Assembly (NCBI GenBank): GCA_033764315.1
Contig: JANRJA010000006.1
Span: 1 to 47,319 of the forward strand
Length of the DNA: 47,319 bases
Direction of reading: 5' to 3'
Source: Oculatellaceae cyanobacterium bins.114
Lineage (GTDB): Bacteria > Cyanobacteriota > Cyanobacteriia > Elainellales > Elainellaceae
This document shows positions 11,784 to 18,919 of the stretch, in pieces. Each line of letters starts with the position of its first letter. The first letter of the stretch is position 1. A program made the position numbers and the translations under genes. Below the pieces are notes generated by a model that was not told the DNA's origin, did not search any database, and was given only the letters and a program-made list of their open reading frames with translations.

Positions 11784-12095
11784 CTACTGCTTTGAAGAAA
11801 ACCAAAATTCAATTTCAGAGGTTGGTTCATCAAAACGAGCGGCATGAGTGGCTTGAGCAGGCACATGATACCACTCTCCAGCTTTATACCGAGTTTCGGC
11901 ACCATCCATGATGAGAATTAGCTCTCCCTGAGTAATCACCCCCACATTATCAGTGTTATGGGTGTGGGGTGGAATGATTGTTCCCGCTGGGTAGGATGCA
12001 AACAATACATCGCAATTTTTGGCTTCTAACTTGAAGGCATCAAACGGGCCATCAAATTGAGGGAGCGATCGCAATTGCTGAGGAAAGTGAGTCAT
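11784..12095 (-). CDS. Cupin domain protein
   Basis: PPHTH...G.L and GEWYHVPAQATH cupin motifs 1 and 2; 103 aa. Confidence 0.85.
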   Translation of the reverse strand: MTHFPQQLRSLPQFDGPFDAFKLEAKNCDVLFASYPAGTIIPPHTHNTDNVGVITQGELILIMDGAETRYKAGEWYHVPAQATHAARFDEPTSEIEFWFSSKQ

Positions 12096-12285
12096 GATCT
12101 ATATCCTTGTGAGAGTTTATAAGGTAGGCTTTGACAACTGTTGCAGGGGCTGAGATCGCTTTGAGAGGATGTCTTAACAGACTAGGTTTTGGCAGCATTT
12201 AGGCGGCATTAGCGACCAACGTTGCAGACGTTCGGCGATTCTCAGACGTTCGGCGAAGCTCAGTTGAGCTGTCAAACCATCGAAC

Positions 12286-12390
12286 GCTACAAAGGCAAAA
12301 ACCTGCCTTCGCAAGTTGCAGAAAGCCTGGATTGACTTGAGTCTGCAACGGCAGACTTGGTTTTTGTAGTCGCGGTTTTAACCGCCAAAA
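12286..12390 (+). repeat. Degenerate dispersed repeat, family B (related to the interior of the element at 22511-22673)
   Basis: Shares GCTAC...CTGCCTTCGCA and GCGGTTT(T/C)AACCGCCAAAA with 22551-22653. Confidence 0.55.
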
Positions 12391-12490
12391 ACGTCTCAGA
12401 CTACAATAGACAAAATTGGGAAAGCAAATCTTTCAAATTTCAATCTTTCAAAATCTTGCAGCATCAACTTGCAGCATCACTATTAGAACG

Positions 12491-13402
12491 ATGGAAGATG
12501 CTAGATCGATGGCCGTAGATCCTCTCAACCCGCTCTCTCTTGACGATGCTGTCTTGCCGATCGCTCCTCCTGTGTGGGGACGACGATTTGAGAGCGATCG
12601 CCTGTTTATTGAGTTGTGCCCCAAGCAACCCTATCAAGTGCGCTATCAACCCGATTGGCACATCTTAGGATTTTCATTGGAATCTCAAACTGGCTCTCAT
12701 GCTTTTGCCAGCGATCGCATTACGGCCTATCACGCCCCTGCCAATACGTTTGCCTTTACCCCAGCCACCTGTGAAACGTTTTCAGAGTCTATCCAGGGAG
12801 GTGCTTATCTGATCTGTGCGGTGTCTCCAGGTTTATTTGACACCTATGTGGATGACATAGGTGATCACAGGTTGGCTCACCCATCCCTTGCGTTGCGTCG
12901 GCTCTCCCATTGTCGTAATCGACATGTCACGGCGATCGCACGAGCGACTCAGCAGTTTATGCAAACCCATCCATCCGGGGGGCGGCTCTATTTGGAGGCG
13001 TTGGCAGGGCAATTTGTGACTCATGTGATTCTTGCTCTGTTAGCAAAGTCTGAGGTCACAACACCTCCCGATCACCTGAATGGGCTTGCATTCGATCAAC
13101 TGCTCGAATTTGTTGAAACTCATCTCTGTGAAGATTTATCCCTCGCAGTTCTAGCTGAGGTAGTAGGCATGTCTCCGTCTCAGTTTGTGCGCTCATTTAA
13201 GGCAACCGTTGGTCAGTCTCCCCATGCTTGGGTAATTATGCGTCGTCTCGGTCGGGCCAAAGCGTTATTAGCTCAGTCTAAGCAGTCGATTACACAAATT
13301 GCTCTTGATTGTGGTTTTAGTAGTCAGAGCCACATGACAATGCTATTTTCCAAACAGTTGGGTGTAACCCCCCGACAATATCGGACTGAGGTTAGGGAGT
13401 AG
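12491..13402 (+). CDS. AraC/XylS family transcriptional regulator
   Basis: C-terminal double HTH (LSLAVLAEVVGMSPSQFVRSFK...SITQIALDCGFSSQSHMTMLFSKQLGVTPRQYR). The start is uncertain (ATG 12491 or 12509). It is divergent from the cupin. Confidence 0.92.
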   Translation: MEDARSMAVDPLNPLSLDDAVLPIAPPVWGRRFESDRLFIELCPKQPYQVRYQPDWHILGFSLESQTGSHAFASDRITAYHAPANTFAFTPATCETFSESIQGGAYLICAVSPGLFDTYVDDIGDHRLAHPSLALRRLSHCRNRHVTAIARATQQFMQTHPSGGRLYLEALAGQFVTHVILALLAKSEVTTPPDHLNGLAFDQLLEFVETHLCEDLSLAVLAEVVGMSPSQFVRSFKATVGQSPHAWVIMRRLGRAKALLAQSKQSITQIALDCGFSSQSHMTMLFSKQLGVTPRQYRTEVRE

Positions 13403-13409
13403 ATCATTA

Positions 13410-13423
13410 GTAATAATTAATAC
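13410..13423 (+). promoter_or_regulatory. NtcA-binding site
   Basis: Perfect GTA-N8-TAC (GTA ATAATTAA TAC, followed by A), about 150 nt upstream of the riboswitch. Confidence 0.6.
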
Positions 13424-13572
13424 AATCTTGAGGGCCATCCTCATGCGTATATGATATTGAGCATTCCACTGGCTCAATGGATCGAATACCTTAATTTGAA
13501 TACCTTATAAAAGTAAAATTAATTCCCATTCTTAGAAATGACCACTTGAGGTCAAACAGTAAAATAACTATC

Positions 13573-13689
13573 GCCTCTAGGGTTCCGGCTGAGCATCAAT
13601 GTTGGCAGTGCTGGTCCGAGAGAGGCAAGCTGGTTAAAATCGCTATCCGTGATTTAAACAAGCTACACGGCGGGATAAAAGCCCGGGAG
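13573..13689 (+). ncRNA. Guanidine-I riboswitch (ykkC-yxkD, subtype 1) aptamer
   Basis: It has the conserved blocks CTAGGGTTCCG, CTGGTCCGAGAG and ACACGGCGGGATAAAAGCCCGGGAG. P1 is GCCTCT/AGAGGC, with a P1 extension hairpin at 13588-13609 and P2 at 13628-13664. A TAAAAT -10 candidate at 13560-13565 would place the start of transcription at the aptamer 5' end. Confidence 0.93.
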
Positions 13690-13739
13690 AAGTCAGCCAT
13701 CTGGTTTAAAGGTGGGGCTTTCCTGGGCTTTGTTGTATT
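13678..13739 (+). terminator. Riboswitch expression platform: terminator hairpin overlapping the aptamer 3' end
   Basis: AAAGCCCGGGAGAAGTC pairs with GGCTTTCCTGGGCTTT, with an inner stem CCATCT/AGGTGG, followed by T-rich GTTGTATT. It is mutually exclusive with aptamer P3. Confidence 0.75.
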
Positions 13740-13777
13740 GCATGTGCCCAATTTTTCTTTTTGTTGAGGGATTGCCA

Positions 13778-14737
13778 ATGACTGCATCGATTCAAGCGAA
13801 CACTGTTGAGCCAATTAACTTTGTGATCAATCAACCCGCACCGGGCAATCTCGATGTTCGTTGGATTCACGGCTCCATCTCAGCCAAGCACAACACGGAT
13901 CCTGACATTCAAGTTCACGCCTATAACGACCATACCTACATCTTGCGTCAAAACATGGCGGTGCATTACGAAGCACCGTTTATGTTTCTCTTATTTGGCA
14001 ACGATCGCGCCATTTTACTCGATACAGGATCAACGCGATCGCCTGAGTTCTTTCCATTGCGTCAAACGGTGGATGACTTGATAGATCAATGGTTAATCAA
14101 AAATCCGCGTGACAATTACTCCCTGGTGGTTGCCCACACCCACCTGCATCGGGATCACTTTGAGGGCGATCCTCAGTTTTTTGACCGCCCCAATACCCAG
14201 ATCGTCGGTCACAGCTTGGCTGAAACGATCGAGTTTTATGGGTTTCAAGATTGGGCAAATGAAGTTGTGCCATTTGACTTGGGGGGGCGAGTCTTGCAAG
14301 TGATGGGCACTCCCGGTCATGAGGATGCAGAAGTGTCGATTTATGACCCCTATACGCAAATCTTTTTCACAGGAGACTTGCTCTACCCGGGTCGCCTCTA
14401 CATTCGTGACTGGAATGCCTTCCGCAACAGTATCGATCGAATCGTTGCCTTTACAGATACCCACCCAATCACGCACCTACTCGGATGCCATGTGGAGATG
14501 TCGATCTATCCTCGGTTGGACTACTTAATTCGCACCAACTATCAACCCTATGAACGTCCCTTAGAAATGACTGTGGCACAGTTGCATTCGGTCAAAGCGG
14601 CGATCGCCCAGGTTAATGGTCAACCGGGAATCCATGTCTTTGACGACTACATCCTCTACAACGGCGTCCCTGATCGCTACTTTAGTTACGAAAATATGGA
14701 CCCCAATGCGGCCCCCGGCGATCTTCGACCTGCTTAA
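13778..14737 (+). CDS. Metallo-beta-lactamase (MBL) fold metallo-hydrolase, riboswitch-controlled
   Basis: LLDTG, HLHRDH (HxHxDH), TPGH, TGDLL and GCH motifs. ATG 13778 has GAGGGA upstream; the track start at 13712 falls inside the terminator. Confidence 0.9.
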   Translation: MTASIQANTVEPINFVINQPAPGNLDVRWIHGSISAKHNTDPDIQVHAYNDHTYILRQNMAVHYEAPFMFLLFGNDRAILLDTGSTRSPEFFPLRQTVDDLIDQWLIKNPRDNYSLVVAHTHLHRDHFEGDPQFFDRPNTQIVGHSLAETIEFYGFQDWANEVVPFDLGGRVLQVMGTPGHEDAEVSIYDPYTQIFFTGDLLYPGRLYIRDWNAFRNSIDRIVAFTDTHPITHLLGCHVEMSIYPRLDYLIRTNYQPYERPLEMTVAQLHSVKAAIAQVNGQPGIHVFDDYILYNGVPDRYFSYENMDPNAAPGDLRPA

Positions 14738-14801
14738 CTGGTTTTCAAAAAGTCAAGATGATGCCCGTCAGCGTGTATTTACCAACTCAGGAATTTGTAT
14801 T

Positions 14802-16001
14802 ATGAACCCATCTCGTCGTCTGATTTTGCCTCGTCGAAGTGTGATTCGCGGGTTACTTTCCTTGGGAGCCTTTGGTGTCACTTCCCAGTTCTGGACAGGA
14901 TGTACGGCTCCCTCGTCTACCTCCTCTTCTGGCGAATCCGCTAGTCCATCCACCGCTAGCATCGAACCCATGACCATCGGGTTTATCTACGTCGGCCCTA
15001 AAGATGACTATGGTTATAACCAGGCGCACGCAGAAGCCGCTGCCCGCATGGCAAGTGCATTTCCCTGGATTAAGCTCGTTGAGGAAGCCAGCGTTCCTGA
15101 AACAACCGCCGTTCAGGAGACCATGCGGAACATGATTGAGCAAGATGGAGCCAAGGTTATCTTTCCAACCTCTTGGGGTTATTTTGACCCCCATAGTCTA
15201 AAGCTGGCCGCAGAATATCCAGAGGTGCAGTTTTTCCACCCCAACCATCCATTAGAGCCGTCCCATCCTAAAAATGTCGGCACCTACTTTAGTGCACTGA
15301 TGGAGCCTGCTTATCTAACAGGCATTGTGGCAGCCTCGATGTCTAAAACGGGTAAGCTCGGATTTGTGATTCCCAAACCGATTCCAGTGGTCTTACAAGA
15401 AGTGAATAGTTTCACGTTAGGGGCAAAAAGCATAAATCCTGACATCACCGTTCAAGCCATCTTTACCGGAGATTGGTCACTGCCGCTCAAAGAGGCAGAG
15501 GCCACTAATAGCCTGATAGACCAACAAGTGGATGTTGTAATTACACGAGTAGACAGCCCAAAGACGGTGATCACAACCGCTGAACAACGGGGGATCTATA
15601 GCTGTGGCTATCATGTCAATGAGCAAAGTATTGCCCCTAAGGGATTTTTGACTGGGGTTGAATGGAACTGGGAGCAGATCTATAAAAACTATGCTGAGTT
15701 GTTTCAAAATGGCAAAACGTTGACTAATGGAGGGGTTCCTCAGGTTGTTGCGGGGGGGCTGAAGGAATCATTTTCCAAGATTTCTGACTATGGCGTAGCT
15801 GTGAGTCCTGAGGCAAAGGCGGCTGTGGATCAAGCTAAACAGCAACTCATCTCTGGAGAATTGACCATCTTTAAAGGTGAGCTAAAAGATAACAAAGGTA
15901 ATGTGGTTATTCCATCTGGAGAGGCTTATCAACCAGGAGATGCTCGCCTCAACTCGATTGATTGGTTGGTTGAGGGTATAGAAGGACAACCGACTAGTTA
16001 A
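14802..16001 (+). CDS. BMP/PnrA family ABC substrate-binding lipoprotein with Tat-like signal
   Basis: N-terminal RRSVIRGLL twin-arginine-like motif and lipobox WTGC, then GFIYVGPKDDYGYNQAH and other BMP family blocks. ATG 14802 is 64 nt after the MBL stop. Confidence 0.9.
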   Translation: MNPSRRLILPRRSVIRGLLSLGAFGVTSQFWTGCTAPSSTSSSGESASPSTASIEPMTIGFIYVGPKDDYGYNQAHAEAAARMASAFPWIKLVEEASVPETTAVQETMRNMIEQDGAKVIFPTSWGYFDPHSLKLAAEYPEVQFFHPNHPLEPSHPKNVGTYFSALMEPAYLTGIVAASMSKTGKLGFVIPKPIPVVLQEVNSFTLGAKSINPDITVQAIFTGDWSLPLKEAEATNSLIDQQVDVVITRVDSPKTVITTAEQRGIYSCGYHVNEQSIAPKGFLTGVEWNWEQIYKNYAELFQNGKTLTNGGVPQVVAGGLKESFSKISDYGVAVSPEAKAAVDQAKQQLISGELTIFKGELKDNKGNVVIPSGEAYQPGDARLNSIDWLVEGIEGQPTS

Positions 16002-16055
16002 TCAGAGGTTCAATCCAGTGCGGATATGCAGGCTGGGTGGCAAAGTAGCTTTATA

Positions 16056-16152
16056 AAACGTACCCCTCCCAACCTGCCCTTAACTAAGGAGAGGTGCCGT
16101 TTACTGTCGTTTAAGGAAATGGAGGGGCGGATAGACTATTTCCTTAAACGGT
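16056..16152. repeat. REP-like segment plus hairpin downstream of the BMP gene
   Basis: ACCCCTCCCAACCTGCCCTTAACTAAGGAGAGG-type short repeat, followed by the CGTTTAAGGAAAT...ATTTCCTTAAACG inverted repeat between convergent genes. Confidence 0.45.
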
Positions 16153-16175
16153 TTGCCACACCTGATTTTGAACCG

Positions 16176-16712
16176 CTAGATCTGATTAAAATTTGCAGGG
16201 CAAGTAAACTGACCCCTGATCAGTCTTGGTTCAGGAGGTTTAGCCGTTGTGGGCTGCTCAGACTCACACAGAATTGAAATATATTCACCGTTATGAAAAG
16301 CCGTTACACCCACGATGCTTCTAAACTTGAGTGTCCGCAATCCCAGGTGAAACCGATCGATCACTGTTGTTTCTGAGAGAGGGATTGCGTCAATAACAGC
16401 TCTCTCAGAATTGGCTTCGACTGAGAACTGAAACGATTGGGTGTAGCTGGAGGGAATCTGAAGAGCAGTGGTTTGCTGCAACATCGGAAGCGATTCGGCA
16501 AACGTGCCATACTTCTCACGATACTCGATCTGCATCGCTCGGATGAGCACAATTCCATATCGACCGCGATCGCTAGGACTGCCACAAGCACACCCTGACT
16601 CTGACTCAAAAAGCATCTGCAAGCCAACCAGACTGAGTGGCAGTAGAACGATTGCCAAACCTAACCGAGTAGAAATAACTCTTTTTGGGGTGCGATCGCT
16701 GGGAACAGCCAT
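16176..16712 (-). CDS. Type IV pilin-like G/H family protein
   Basis: Single N-terminal hydrophobic helix, IRAMQIEYREKYGTFA segment and C-terminal SILCES...P...CP pattern typical of cyanobacterial pilin-like G/H proteins. Confidence 0.7.
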   Translation of the reverse strand: MAVPSDRTPKRVISTRLGLAIVLLPLSLVGLQMLFESESGCACGSPSDRGRYGIVLIRAMQIEYREKYGTFAESLPMLQQTTALQIPSSYTQSFQFSVEANSERAVIDAIPLSETTVIDRFHLGLRTLKFRSIVGVTAFHNGEYISILCESEQPTTAKPPEPRLIRGQFTCPANFNQI

Positions 16713-16903
16713 TGACTCAGAACTCTTGTGCTTTCAAGCAGCTACCGTTGACCAGGCATGATTGACATCCTCGGCTCTATTATCTCTCTACATGACAACG
16801 ATTTTAAACAGATTTTTGGGCAGATCGAAGTTTAGAAGGGGTTTGGCATTGCCCAGCCTGTACCAGGATTGGTCGTGTTTTCAATTCAAATCAATTCAGA
16901 AAC

Positions 16904-18511
16904 TTAGCGATTCGCGGCTTCAATTTGTCGCACAACAGTTAATGCCGAATAGCTGACGCCTGCGGTGCCTTCGCCGGGGTGGGTAGAGTCGCCAACGAGC
17001 CAGAGGTGTTGAATTGGCGTGCGATTCGCAAAACCAAACGGGCCAAACGTGGGGATGCGTTGTCCGACACCGCCGACGACACCGCGATCGCGCCCTGTGA
17101 AGTGGGCAAAGGTTCGGGGGGTGGCGGCTTCCTGGTGCACCAATGTGTTAGGAGTCAGATCAAAGAATTGAGATAGACGGGCGATCGCTTCCTGAGTATA
17201 GTGTTGCTTCAGATCTTCGTAGTCTTGGCATTGCCACCACAGCGTTGGATCAGTGAAAGAGGAGGCAGTAATCGTTGCTTTTCCCGCTGGGGCACGACCA
17301 TCACCGGGGTGGCTAACAGAGACAAACAGGGAGTTGTTTTCACAGATGGGGCCGTTGTAGTCATAGAGAAATTGCAAATGGGGCGGGCAGTCAATCGGAA
17401 TGGCCGCTTGCTCAACACCGAGATAGACGACAAACGCACCCGACGAGGGGGGCAATTGATCGACTCGGCGTTGATAGCCGATGGGAGCCGCTTCTCCCAG
17501 GAGTTGCATCAGGTTTTGCACAGTGACATTAGCCACGACCTGATCCGCCTGTTCTGTCCAGATTTCCCCTGTGTTTTGATTACAGATGGTTACGGCGGTG
17601 GCTTTGCCGTTTTCAGTGTGGATCCGCTGCACTGTGTGACGCATTAATAATTTGCCCCCATCCCGCTCAAGCGCATCTACGAGGCGATCGCTCAACACTT
17701 GCATACTTCCCTGCAAATGCCATAGCCCTTGGGGTGCCTGAGAGACTCCCAGAGCCGTTGCGGCATACAGTAAGGCGGTTTCCTCTGCATTCACTTGTGA
17801 GTAAAGCTTAAGTTGCAAATCGAGGAATGTTTTGAGGCGGCGATCGCCCGCTAGCCCATAATCCCGCAGCACTTGACCCACGGTTGAAAAGGTGTGGGGT
17901 AAGGTCAGCAATGTGTCGGGACGAACCGCTTGAGTTAGTTGCCAGAAATCCCAGATGTTACGGGGCGGCAAGACTGGATCTCGTGCTTGAAAAGCCCAAC
18001 TGTGGCGAAATAAATTTGCCATCAGTTGCCAAAAGGCTTCACTTCCAGGAAACTGCTGCTGTCGTTCAGCTTGCCATTGCAGGGGGTTACGCCAAACCCG
18101 AATCGGATCAGTTTCACCGGGCAAGTAAACAGCACACGCCGGATCGCAGGGAGTCGCGTCAGGGGGGGCAATGCCTAGCTCTGAAAAGATGCGGTGATGA
18201 ATGCCACCCGGTTCTAATCCTGCCACTTGGGTGGCACCCACATCAAAGGTAAAGCCCCGACGCTTAAAGGTAGAAGCACATCCTCCTGGGGCGATCGCTT
18301 GATCGAGCACCAAGACCGAATAGCCCCGACGTGCCAATAAAGCCGCTGTGGTCAATCCACCAATCCCGGCCCCGATCACCACAACGGTTTGAGGTGACAT
18401 ATTGGTTGCAATAACTGGTGGTTGGCTAGGTAATGGACTTGGTCGTTGATTGGGGATCGGACTGGGGGTGCGTTGGCTTTGCCGTGCCTCAAAGGAGTAA
18501 TCGCGGGTCAT
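16904..18511 (-). CDS. crtD: C-3',4' carotenoid desaturase (myxoxanthophyll pathway)
   Basis: FAD motif VIGAGIGGLT, GGCASTFKRRGFTFDVGATQVAGLEPGGIH and C-terminal VGDSTHPGEGTAGVSYSA. An alternative start is ATG 18400. Confidence 0.88.
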   Translation of the reverse strand: MTRDYSFEARQSQRTPSPIPNQRPSPLPSQPPVIATNMSPQTVVVIGAGIGGLTTAALLARRGYSVLVLDQAIAPGGCASTFKRRGFTFDVGATQVAGLEPGGIHHRIFSELGIAPPDATPCDPACAVYLPGETDPIRVWRNPLQWQAERQQQFPGSEAFWQLMANLFRHSWAFQARDPVLPPRNIWDFWQLTQAVRPDTLLTLPHTFSTVGQVLRDYGLAGDRRLKTFLDLQLKLYSQVNAEETALLYAATALGVSQAPQGLWHLQGSMQVLSDRLVDALERDGGKLLMRHTVQRIHTENGKATAVTICNQNTGEIWTEQADQVVANVTVQNLMQLLGEAAPIGYQRRVDQLPPSSGAFVVYLGVEQAAIPIDCPPHLQFLYDYNGPICENNSLFVSVSHPGDGRAPAGKATITASSFTDPTLWWQCQDYEDLKQHYTQEAIARLSQFFDLTPNTLVHQEAATPRTFAHFTGRDRGVVGGVGQRIPTFGPFGFANRTPIQHLWLVGDSTHPGEGTAGVSYSALTVVRQIEAANR

Positions 18512-18919
18512 GAGTGCTTTCTAAATGAAAGAAAAACTTTTTTACAATTCTTAATATTCCTATCATAGAGTGCTTTTTGACACGAGTGTTGCCTTGCGGA
18601 CGAATCAGACTCTGGCGCGTTCGGTGACCTCAGCGGAACCGTGAGCTGAGTCAAACGGTGCTCATCCCACCCATGTCAGCCGATTAAGGCGATAGTCTTA
18701 AGGCCATAAATTCAATAAAATCCGTCAGTCTGGCATAAAGACAAAGCATTTGGAAAGCAACTCTTGTTCAATGTCGCAATATTAAGTCTGAATGCGTTGC
18801 CCTGCCTCCATCTTTTGCAGCTTAAAGGCTAAAAAAGTGACTGAATTGTAGCTTACGACCCCTGAGAGACGAGCAGTAATAGTTAAGATAGGTGAAGATC
18901 GGTCAATTCATTTGGTTTC

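Noticed and set aside
13573-13689. ykkC subtype 2 (ppGpp, PRPP or ADP/CDP) assignment, suggested by the purine-related neighbours
   Set aside because: The 3' region matches the guanidine-binding subtype-1 consensus (CGGCGGGATAAAAGCCCGGGAG). The ligand should still be confirmed experimentally.
13546-13814. Short ORFs 13546-13767 (+) and 13596-13814 (-), and the extended MBL start at 13712
   Set aside because: They overlap the riboswitch and terminator, which explain the sequence better. ATG 13778 has a ribosome-binding site.
14616-14801. N-terminal extension of the BMP ORF from 14616
   Set aside because: It overlaps the MBL gene and would bury the Tat/lipoprotein signal. ATG 14802 fits better.
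16026-16277. 83-aa plus-strand ORF after the BMP gene as a third operon member
   Set aside because: It is made of REP-like and hairpin sequence and overlaps the convergent pilin-like gene.
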